From Eledone cirrhosa (Eukaryota): 64,000 bases of DNA. The notes beneath the pieces are model-generated. The model was not told where the DNA came from. It saw nothing but the letters and a program-made list of their open reading frames with translations, and did no database searches. Every line of letters begins with the position of its first letter. Position 1 is the stretch's first letter. Below, piece after piece: positions 53,760 through 64,000 of this stretch. The stretch is taken from assembly GCA_964016885.1 (NCBI GenBank), contig OZ024755.1, positions 40,796,001-40,860,000 on the forward strand, read 5' to 3'. The position numbers and the translations under genes are program-made.

Positions 53760-54414
53760 TTATATATATATATATCATCATCATCATCATTTTACGTCCA
53801 CTTTTCCCTGCTAGCAAGGGTGGGACGGGAACTGATTCTGGCTTGATTTCTACAGCTGGATGCCCTTCCTAACACCAACCTCATTTACAGTGAGTGCTGG
53901 GTGCTTTTTGCCGTGGCACCTACACGACCACTTAGCAGTGGAATGATAGAGACCCCAGTCCCTATCATCTCATTTCTACAGCTGAGTAAACTGGAGCAAT
54001 GTGCAATAAAGTGTCTTGCTCAAGGAAACAACACATCACCCGGTCTGAGAATTGAACTCACAACCTTTCGATTGCAAGGCCAATGCTCTAACCAATCGAA
54101 AGGTTGTGAGTTCAATTCTCAGACCGGGTGATGTGTTGTTTCCTTGAGCAAGACACTTTATTTCACATTGCTCCAGTTTACTCAGCTGTAGAAATGAGAT
54201 GATAGGGACCCCAATCCCTATCATTCCACTGCAAAGTGGTCGTGTAGGTGCCACGGCAAAAAGCACCCAGCACTCACTGTAAATGAGGTTGGTGTTAGGA
54301 AGGGCATCCAGCTGTAGAAATCAAGCCAGAATCAGTTCCCGTCCCACCCTTGCTAGCAGGGAAAAGTGGACGTAAAATGATGATGATGATGATGATGATA
54401 TATATATATATATA
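53760..54414. repeat. Long inverted repeat A: arms of about 315 bp (53760-54074 / 54093-54414) with an 18-bp spacer, built from SINE and LINE-tail sequence
   Basis: Arms are reverse complements with only a handful of mismatches. Confidence 0.95.
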
Positions 54415-54759
54415 ATTCAAGAAAGAAGAGTAACATGGTTGGCTGTACAATAAGGGCTTTATTCACAGTGCTGACAATTGTTTCGTTGATCAGGTAGGTC
54501 GAGAGCTCGCTAATCGCTTGATGTTGCGTCAATCGATCTCTAATACTTTGTTTACAACCAGTCAATACATCAGAGCGCGTAGATATATCTACGCGCTCTG
54601 ATGTATTGACTGGTTGTAAACAAAGTATTAGAGATCGATTGACGCAACATCAAGCGATTAGCGAGCTCTCGACCTACCTGATCAACGAAACAATTGTCAG
54701 CACTGTGAATAAAGCCCTTATTGTACAGCCAACTATGTTACTCTTCTTTCTTGAATTAT
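54412..54759. repeat. Palindrome B: 348 bp, no spacer, one mismatch
   Basis: Centre AGATA|TATCT at 54585/54586. Pairing extends to 54412/54759; the only mismatch I found is G54437 vs T54734. Confidence 0.96.
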
Positions 54760-54926
54760 TATTACTCCAAGTATTACCTACATAGAAATCACCGCGAACT
54801 CGCTGCATCACTATGGAAGCGTCTTGTTGAGTCAAACTAAGCCATACGTTAAAACCATCCACAACATGGAGTACTCTAACTGGACTACCTCTAAGTGGAT
54901 TACCTACAATGATAACTTGTTATTCC

Positions 54927-54963
<37 letters not shown>

Positions 54964-55014
54964 TAAAATTATGTTTTTCTTTTAAAATGTACATTTTGCT
55001 TTCCTTTTGTCATC

Positions 55015-55545
55015 TCCTCTGTGAGTCTCAGCAATTTAAGGTCAGCTCTCACAACCTTTACCCAGGTCTTTCTTAGTCTACTTCTATTGCAGCTTCTTTC
55101 CACTGGCATTACTTCACCCAACAATCATTGTCCATGCACATTACATGTCCAAACCAATGAAATCTTCTCTCCTGCACCACACCACCTCGGATTCCTCTTA
55201 AACCCAGATTCTCCCCAACTCATCCAAGCTTTGCATTTCTCTCACATTTACATTGAACATCCAATGAAGCATGGTTGCTTCATTTCTCTCAAGCCTACGC
55301 ATATCCTCTACAGACACAACCAATGTCTCACTACCATGTAGCACCACATGTCCTCTACAGACACAGCCAATGTCTCACTACCATGTAGCACCACATGTCC
55401 TCTACAGACACAGCCAATGTCTCACTACCATGTAGCACCACATGTCCTCTACAGACACAGCCAATGTCTCACTACCATGTAGCACAACATGTCCTCTACA
55501 GACACAGCCAATGTCTCACTACCATGTAGCACCACATATCCTCTA
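55015..55545 (-). mobile_element. RTE-like LINE fragment ending in a 47-bp x5 tandem amplification (55305-55545)
   Basis: The repeat unit is the LINE segment encoding VLHGSETLAV on the minus strand. Confidence 0.8.
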
Positions 55546-55669
55546 ATTGCTAATTAAGTAGCTTAGATAGCAGAAGCTATCAACCAGTTCTATGGGCACT
55601 TCATGTGACTTGAAAAGATTATATATATATATAAGAAAAATGGAGTGCTGCGTGGTTGCACATGGGTTA

Positions 55670-56260
55670 CATATGAATAAAATTAGTCCTTCATCAGTGA
55701 TCTTCCAACCCTCGTTGGTATTTCATCGCTTTAAAAATCATATACCTCTAGTTGGAGCGAGCAATAACTAAATAAAGTTATTGGGACAAGTAAAATAGGG
55801 TAAAACGAGCGAGAGATGTAAACAAACAAAGATGGTATTGCAACGGAAAGATAGAAAGAAACAAGTACATGATATCTATTAAGCTTAAGCTTGGTGAATT
55901 CATGGACGAGAGATACAGACCATCCAACATGGGTGAGATGTGAGCGAGAAAAGGATTTCACACAGGTCAAACGGGAGGAAGTGAGAGAGGGGGAGAAGCA
56001 GAGAGTGAGTGAGTGGAAGTGTGAGGAAGAGGCCAGCTGAGAGAGAGTGTGACTGGCAGAGGGGGTAAAAAGAAGGTGAGAGATACAGAGAGAGGAGAAG
56101 CAGTATTGTTTACATGTCTCGCTCGTTTCACCCTATTTTACTTGTCCCAATAACTTTATTTAGTTATTGCTCGCACCAACTAAAGGTATATGGTCTTTAA
56201 AGCGATGAAATACCAATGAAGGCTGGAAGATCACTGATGAAGGACTAATTTTATTCATAT
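55670..56260. mobile_element. MITE-like element with terminal inverted repeats of about 155 bp (55670-55824 / 56106-56260)
   Basis: atatgaataaaattagtccttcatcagtg... is mirrored by ...cactgatgaaggactaattttattcatat. Purine-rich non-coding interior; TA-rich ends. Confidence 0.75.
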
Positions 56261-56559
56261 ATATATATATAATGTTAATAATAATAACAGTATTGTTATT
56301 ATTGAGTATAAACTTTAAAGTTGAAAGATGTTCACTTAAAAGCGTATTGAGTCTTTGGTGCCTTAAATCTTTCGTCATCATTTTAAGTCTGCTTTTACAA
56401 GGACAATTTGTTAAGCCTTCATTACATTTATTGATCAGTTCAAGGTTCAATCTGTATCAATCTGGCCTGACTCTGGAATCAAACGCTCGTCAGACCTCTA
56501 CTGTTGTAATGACAGAATGAACATATATATATATATATATATATATTTATTAAAATTTT

Positions 56560-56599
<40 letters not shown>

Positions 56600-56741
56600 C
56601 ACACTGTATTTCAGTCAGTTCGACCTTTGCTATACGGTTCTTATATATTTGATATACATTTATCCTTATCGAGCCCTCTTTGAATTTTAGTCTTCAAATT
56701 TATTATTATTACTATATATATATATATATATATTATATAAA

Positions 56742-57023
56742 TGTAATTGAGTTTTTCGAATATTAATAATAACATTCGATTTGTTTGCACTTATGCAAAC
56801 AAGCCTCAATTTTATAGCCATGTCAGTAGAATGAACCCTTCATTCTTGCTCTTGTGTTGGCATGCGAACAGAACTGCAGACACTAATGTTTCTGGGTATC
56901 ACCCTTCATCAGTACAGCTCACTGTTCACCTGCCAAACTGACATTGCTATAAAATTGAGGCTTGTTTGCATAATTACACAGGAATCGAATGTTATTATTA
57001 ATATTCAAAAAACTCAGATTACA
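56742..57023. mobile_element. MITE-like element with imperfect inverted repeats of about 85 bp (56742-56827 / 56937-57023)
   Basis: gaatattaataataacattcgatt...tatgcaaacaagcctcaattttatagc mirrored on the opposite strand, lying between TA tracts. Confidence 0.7.
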
Positions 57024-57939
57024 TTTATTGTATTCAGCCATGTAGAGCAAAATTTTCTTTATATATATATGTATATATATATAACGAAGGAAATGTGGTA
57101 AGGAACCAGGTGGACCATAACGCACCAAAGTACTCAATACTTAGGGTAGTAGAGTGGGTAATAGTCCAGAATTAGCCGTCGAAACGGCTTGAGCTCAGCC
57201 GTCGGGGTCCTACTCGTTCCTGTATATATATATATATACATACACACTGTATTTCAGTCAGTTTGACCTTTGTCCATCATTATTGTTCCATTCCTCGATA
57301 AACACATCATCACATTTGATGCCCATTTTCCCTGCTAGTACCATACTGAATGTGAACTGAGAATCGTTGTTCTAAAAATAATTGTTTCTACTTTAGGCAC
57401 AAGGCCAGCAAATTACCCAGTGCATTACTGGTACTTTATTTTATCGACCTCGTAAGGATGAAAGGCAAAGTAAACCTCGGCTGCAGGTGGCGTATAGCAA
57501 TATAGCCACCAGATATAAACCAGTCGAATAAACAACCCCAGAGCAACAGCAGTAAACTACTAGTGGAGATGGAGCAATGGCTGATACCTGCGGCTCCAAA
57601 GAAAACTCTCACAACCCAGTGACATAGCTATGACAAAGCGAGAAATGGCCACCTCTAAAAGAGCCTAGTTTTCACAGGTTTGAGGAAGTAACATATTGGT
57701 GACTGGCGCCAATAAGACTACCAACACTGCAATGTGGTGAGAGGAACGAAAAAGAACTATACCACATTGTGCTTGGTGCGGATTAACAAGGGACGTGTTC
57801 AGGCCTTAGGTCCTGTTGAAAAATATATTGCAGTCTCCATTTAATGCTGCAAAAACTGGCAATGGCCTACAACCTGTTTTGGGAGGCGTGGGATGGACGC
57901 ACAAAGAATGCGTATCCCAGGACTCTCAAAAGGATTAAG

Positions 57940-58010
57940 AAGGGAGCAAACTTTGACAATTGGAACGTGGAACATCCTTACAGGTAAGGAGCAGAAAATA
58001 GTGGAGGTTA
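57940..58010 (+). pseudogene. LINE APE-endonuclease N-terminal remnant
   Basis: Translates to LTIGTWNILT-GKEQKIVE, resembling the IGTWNVRTL motif. Confidence 0.5.
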
Positions 58011-58267
58011 GATATAGTCTGGGTTTCATCAATAAAGTATCATGGCTTTGATACTATAGATTTAGATGGAGGATAGAAACTCCACTATTCAGGTGTGGTG
58101 CCAGAAATGACTGCACAGGCGGGATACTCACAACTGTCAGAATGTGTTATGGACTGGATCTCATTAGATGTAGTGGGATAGCAGGCAAACTAACATGTAG
58201 GGAAAACTACATATGCAGTAGATATTCAGGGAAATTTGACAGTAGAAGTCACAGTGATAAACACATT

Positions 58268-60427
58268 TGTAGTGACCTACATTCCGCGGGCTCACATACA
58301 TTCTCTGTGCGTGATTTGGCTCAGCTCAGCCAATCAACACCAGTAGAAGAGGATGTATCCCTACGCGCCCTGAGGGAGAAATTACCCGCGAAGATTTGAA
58401 GAATCTCTCTCTCGCACCAGGAACGTCGAACCAGCAACACGTACAACATGTGACGGTGAGGTTTTGCACTTTGGCCTGCCGGCTTTCCGGCACAATGGCA
58501 CATTCCCTTTTGTAACCTCATTTTATGTGTAACTTCAACCATACAAGTTAACAAACATAAACATACATTTCATCTCTAATTTCTGCTGTTGACATCATTA
58601 TTATGTTACTCGTGTCTCAATAACATTTATACACCATGCTGCTAAAAGTGGTGACCCTGAAGTGATGAATATTTTCAGTTCAAAATATTCCTTTTGAAAT
58701 AAAATTAAAATTGGCAGTGTATGTATAAACAAATTTACGCCACGGGGGAATTTCAAAACGGCTACCACCAAGTACCAGCCATCAGCAGCAACACATGGCT
58801 ATATTAACCAACACCAGGGAACGGCTTGTAACTTTACCGACGCAAACACCATACCTTCTGTCTCGTTACCACAAGGACTCGAGAAATTAAGACATTAGTC
58901 TTCTCACCATTATGGCGTCAGACGTGGCTGCCATATTGGTGACTCTAGGTTCTTCAACGCTCGACTTCGACTCTACAGAAGATTCATTGTGACTTTGCTT
59001 TAACAACAACAACTCTACTAGCTCCCTAGTAAGAGCGATCCCAAAGAAAAGAAAAGCGAACTTTTTGTTAAAAGAAAAGAAACAATTCTTTCTTTATTCC
59101 TATTTCTTTTTCAGGCATTTATTTTGGACATTTATTTTTTTAAAAACTGTATTATATGGAAATTCATTTTTTTTTCTATCATTGTATATATGACTGCATC
59201 ATTTTCTTTATCATTGTATATATGACTGCACCCACACATTTCTTTGCTGTTTTACATGCCTGCATATGCACACATTTCTTTGTCACGTACCAACATGTTG
59301 TTCGTTGTATATGTTCTTCAAATGTAATATTCTGCGAGGTCCCTTTTTACCTGGTTGAGGTGCCGTCACATGCTAGCGACTCATAGAGCTTAATTCACCT
59401 GGATTCAAACAGGCACCGCAACACGAGAATGCTAATTGCAGCTGAACTCAAACAGTTTCGCATCTCGTTGCATAACAACCTCCATCTTGTTACCTTACCC
59501 GACTCACTGGGAAAACAACAAATAGAACTGGACTTATCAGCCTTTCCACCACTTCTGTGGATTCGCCCGAATTATGGAATTTACACTGCAACCCACCTAG
59601 ATTCAACTTGCTTTTTTTCTTTTCAAAGCAACCAGCCATTTTTTCCTGGCTCCCTAGCACATTCGGCAATACATCTGGGAGGCCAACATTTTCTCGCCTA
59701 CCCATCATCTTCTTGCCAGCACTGGTAAACTACCATAATAGCTTCATCCACAGCTACTGGTACAACACTTACCATTAACATTTAATGCAAGAACAGCAAC
59801 TTCGCCCATGGCATACTTTATCCGTTTTCTGTTAGACCTTTGGTGGTCACGTATAAACTACAAAACAGCTGGTCATTTGACACAGTGGCTCAACACGGCC
59901 CTTAGCGCCTCATTTTTTTTCTTGCATGCATCCTTCTGCTCAATTATTTTTTCACTGATGTGCTCTTTCAGCATTTGTTCTTGCTGATTCAATAATCTGT
60001 ATCGTCTTCCGTCTAGAAGTGGAGTATTGTAGTGACCTACATTCCGCGGGCTCACATACATTCTCTGTGCGTGATTTGGCTCAGCTCAGCCAATCAACGC
60101 CAGTAGAAGAGGATGTATCCCTACGCGCCCTGAGGGAGAAATTACCCGCAAAGATTTGAAGAATCTCTCTCTCGCACCAGGAACGTCGAACCAGCAACAC
60201 GTACAACATGTGACGGTGAGGTTTTGCACTTTGGCCTGCCGGCTTTCCGGCACAATAGCACATTCCCTTTTGTAACCTCATTTTATGTGTAACTTCAACC
60301 ATTCAAGTTAACAAACATTATTTGTGCTACAACAAAAATAAACATACATTTCATCTCTAATTTCTGCTGTTGACATCATTATTATGTTACTCGTGTCTCA
60401 ATAACATTTATACACCATGCTGCTAAA
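58268..60427 (+). mobile_element. Non-autonomous LTR retrotransposon (Ty3/Gypsy-like), 2160 bp, with LTRs 58268-58646 and 60028-60427 and TSD CATT
   Basis: Near-identical direct repeats beginning TGTAG; PBS 2 nt after the 5' LTR; purine tract AGAAGTGGAG at 60015-60024; 4-bp TSD. It interrupts an RTE fragment whose empty-site equivalent is at about 52060-52090. Confidence 0.92.
58649..58666 (+). promoter_or_regulatory. Primer-binding site complementary to the tRNA-Trp 3' end
   Basis: TGGTGACCCTGAAGTGAT vs the canonical Trp PBS TGGTGACCCCGACGTGAT (16 of 18 match). Confidence 0.85.
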
Positions 60428-60992
60428 CATTTTTCAAATGCAGGTAGGATCTATAGAGGTGGTTGATAGCTTCCGCTACCTAGGTGATCAGATTAGCAAA
60501 GGAGGGGATGCTCCGAGGCCATAGTATTTACAATAAGAATGGGATGGAAGAAGTTTAGGGAGCTGCTTCCTCTGTTGACAAAGAAGGGTTTCTCCCTACA
60601 AACGAAAGGCCGGTTATATGATGCCTGTGTGAGATGTGCGATGCTGCATGGTAGTGAGACATGGGCAGCAACTGCGGAGAATATGCGACGGTTGGAGAGA
60701 AATGAAGCAAGCATCTCCAATGGATGTGCAATATCAATGTGCATGAACAACCAAGCATAGACGAGTTGAGAGAGAAACTGTGTATAAGAGGGATAAACTG
60801 TAGTGTGCGGGAGAGAAGACTATATTGGTATGGAGGATGACCACGAAAAACATGAGCGGAGGTGGTGAGAGCTGACCTCAGATCGCTGAAACTCACAGAG
60901 ATGACGAATGGAGAGATGCTGTGCTGAATAGGACTCGTCCTACCCTTGCAAGCAGGGAAAAGCGGACGTAAAATGATGATGATGATGATGAT
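60428..60992 (+). mobile_element. RTE-like LINE 3' fragment, continuation of 58165-58267
   Basis: GWKKFRELLPLLT..FSLQTKGRLYDACVRCAMLHGSETW, with a (GAT)n tail. Confidence 0.88.
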
Positions 60993-62272
60993 GGGCCTAG
61001 ATTTTCAGGTAAAATTATATTACAACGAATTTTTCAGTATAACAAAAATTTTTAAATCCCCGAGGTAATAACAAACGCTTGATTTGTTTCGGTTGATCTC
61101 GTTATAAAGAATTTTTCATTACAACAAATTTTTCTTATACCTTGTGAATTTCTTTATAATGGAATTTCACTGTATATTTATGCACACACATACATGCCTA
61201 TGGACATAAGAATGTCCACATACAGTTTATACTTTGGTGTCATAACCTAAATCTGGGTGTGTGGGTATACATATATACATATCGATCTCTAAGATATCCA
61301 ACTGGAACACTACTGTTTTGTTTTTTGTCTTGTCTTCTGTTGCCTTCGGATCTGGTGTAGGTGAGATATAATGCCTACTTCATATCATCACCATGTCCAC
61401 TTCCCTCGCATTCCAGTTTTTTCCGACAGCACTTCAGGCCTAGGAGGGTAAAATCTCCAAATATTGCTCGCTGTTCAACAGGTTTACGGTCAAGCCCATA
61501 ACAGTCAAATCACAGGTATGTAATTTCCGATGGCCCTTGTCGTGTGTCACCCATTCAAGCATTTAATGTTTTTCTTTCTCTTGCTTTGGTTCTATATTTT
61601 TGTGTATGATATTTATAAGGTTCCTAGCAATAATTAATTGTATATATTATTCATGTTTATATTTTCATTCTGTAAGAATTATAAACAATTTGTAATGTGA
61701 TTTATAAAACTGTGAATAAAAGTAAAATGTATTCTAAAGCGAGGAGCTTCCACTGATCCTGTCAACTTCCTCATTTGGCTAATATACGAGTAGAATATAT
61801 AGATAGGAGATTTAAAAAACGAATGTTAAAGTTCACTTTGTACGTTCGTTACAATCTATTTAAGAATTTCTTTCACTGTAAATCACTGAGGACATAATCA
61901 TAACAGACAAATGATAAATAAAAATTATACTTACATTAAAATTAAATGTTTCGTACAAACATTATTATATCCGAGAATTATAAGTGCAATATAATATAGC
62001 TAGCGGTGTAAGTCGAAATTACGTCCCCTGTATCATTCTAACATGAACCGGTGTAAACTATTATTTGTTTTTCTTACAAGCATCTCCATTTTAAGGCAGA
62101 CAGCATCCTCGGAACTGGGATAGATTGCTGAGATTATGTGATATTAAAGCTTTATATACACACATACATGTGTTATCCCGTAGAAGCCATTTCTGTATTA
62201 AATATATATACTCTGTTATGTATTGAGTGCCTTACTTACTGTGATTACCTCCGATTGAACCCAAGATACACA

Positions 62273-62312
<40 letters not shown>

Positions 62313-62338
62313 ATGTATAATAAACAATACAGTTTAAT

Positions 62339-62408
62339 TACCTCTTTACCAGAGGTTTCCCGAATAAGACGAATACAAGACACGTCCGCATTCGTTCATC
62401 AGACAAGG
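62339..62408 (-). ncRNA. Hammerhead-like motif with degenerate stem I
   Basis: Minus strand CTGATGA-A-CGAAT...ATTCG-G-GAAA-CCTCT(GGTAA)AGAGG-TA: core, stem II, stem III and a GUA triplet are present, but stem I pairs poorly. Confidence 0.45.
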
Positions 62409-62511
62409 CAATTTAAAACATAGTGAAATAGTTGAAAAATCTCCTCAAGAAAGGAAAAAGTTTAACGGGCAAAAAAAATAAATAAAAGTAATAATAATAA
62501 TAATAATGATG

Positions 62512-63860
62512 ATTTCATTTATTAGCCACAAGGGCCGACATGTAGGGGACAATACAAAGACAGGGACAGTGGGGGTTTACAATAAGGTCGAGTAAAAGTG
62601 CACAATGGCAAGACTAATTTAACAATGAAAATATAAAAACATAAAATAAACTATGCATAAATATAACAAAATAAATTCCCCGATAGGGTGTGGACGACCC
62701 TGGGGTGATTCGGGTACCCCACCAATCCTGAACCACCCTGCGCTTCTAGGGCACCCAGGGAGAGCACCCCTCTCCTCAAGTTAACCAGCCTATAGGCACA
62801 TGGTCAGAGTAGGCCCATTCACACGAACCATTCTCGCCACATTCACCCACCTTTTAGCAAATGCACTTCTCTCTCCACCCTCACCCTCCTTTCCAGGTGA
62901 AACTTGAAGAAATTGATGAGGGATTGGCCGAAGAGAAAAGTGTCTGTCTTTAGTCCTTTCAACCTGGTCCACCATATAATCTCTTTCGCAACTGCCACCA
63001 GACAGGAAAATTTCCTGCTCTTCCTGACCTAAGGAAGGTGGCGGCTCGATCTTCACTATGGACTCGGCCGATAGCCGGATTCGTTCCACACGCGACAGTA
63101 GCTGTTCGACATAACTCCACAAGTTAGTAATGCACGGACATTGGACAAGTGCGTGCAGAACGGTTTCGTCGTTCTGTGCGCATCTTGGGCAGGTCCGTCT
63201 GATAGCACTTCCGTGCCTGTAGAGTTTATCCCGAACCGGCAGTACCCCCCCCCCCCCCGGTAGAAATTGTCCATCGTCCTCGGCTCAAAAGTCCTCCGGT
63301 ACAGACTGGTCAGTTCGACTTCGTCGAGGCCCAAAGCTTCTCCGAGTGCGTCATCGTACTTGCCCACCACTAATCCTCTATAGAACTCGAGAGTGGAAGT
63401 TCCACTGATCGCATTGCCCGCTTGGTAGAGGGCAGTGAGTGCCTGGAAACATTCCAGGTGCCAGTCACCTAGTCTCGGTCTCTTCTTGACCCAGGACTGC
63501 AGCTCAGTCAAAGAAATGAGCTGCGGAAAGGCCCGTCTGATAAACGGCGACCACACCTGTTCACCATTGAGGCAGAATATCTGGAGATGTCGCAGCCTCA
63601 ACGCATGTCTGCGCATCATTAGCCACAGCACGCCCAGCCCTCCGCGGAGAGGGTGATGGCAGCAGATGGACCGCCTCACCAACGGAACTTGTCCCCTCCA
63701 CAAGAATTTGAAGAGTAGCCGTTCCAACTTGACGAGGCGCGGACGGGGGCAAGGCACGACGGTTAGGCGGTAATAGATGACGGACGCGTTGTACGCATTC
63801 GCCACCTCCACGCGACCTTTCAGTGATAGCTTCCTCCCAGCCCATTTTGGGGTGAGACTG
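62512..63860 (-). mobile_element. Truncated, frameshifted L1/Tx1-clade LINE, diverged relative of 33820-35978
   Basis: [29 protein letters not shown]...[12 protein letters not shown] aligns with the first element's ORF2. Deletion/frameshift at poly-G near 63246-63258; AATAAA and a short trinucleotide tail at the 3' end. Confidence 0.9.
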
Positions 63861-64000
63861 TAGCGGTTGTCTCCCTTGTTTTGATTAGGATCTAGACGGG
63901 AGGTGGAACCCTTTCTGCAACTTCCGGTCAGAGCCCTATAAAACTAACAACTTTAAGCTTCCTTTTTCTCTTTGCCTTTTCGGCACCAGGTCAAGAGTCT

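Noticed and set aside
56236-56260. CTGATGAAGGACTA in the MITE arms as a hammerhead core
   Set aside because: No closing stem II strand or GAAA follows; the sequence runs into a TA tract.
61330-61560. Possible exon of another gene
   Set aside because: Splice-like motifs exist, but I found no convincing reading frame or recognisable protein motif.
63859-64000. Possible LTR start (TGTAGCGG..., TATAAAA) interrupting the Tx1 element
   Set aside because: It is cut off by the window edge, and no second LTR, PBS or TSD is visible.

Overview
Eukaryotic, AT-rich, repeat-dominated DNA. The spliced gene, intron-containing tRNAs and SINE/LINE landscape look like a coleoid cephalopod, probably Octopus; this is inferred from recalled repeat motifs and is not verified. 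Positions 1-27175 are one 48-bp satellite array of about 565 monomers with multi-kb internal duplications, and its long ORFs are almost certainly artefacts. The remainder holds two duplicated intron-containing tRNA-Tyr(GTA) genes and one intact minus-strand gene with five coding exons, which I spliced by hand to a 240-aa ZCCHC9-like zinc-knuckle protein (41087-52856). It also holds three L1/Tx1-clade LINE pieces, many RTE-like LINE and tRNA-SINE fragments, several minisatellites, two MITE-like elements, a young 2.16-kb non-autonomous LTR element with a tRNA-Trp PBS, and several hammerhead-ribozyme motifs. The most unusual structures are two back-to-back long palindromes upstream of the ZCCHC9 start codon, one of them a 348-bp spacerless palindrome with a single mismatch, and the possible origin of the satellite from a TTAA-CCCT (piggyBac-type) transposon end. 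I cannot claim a new multi-gene system from this window.
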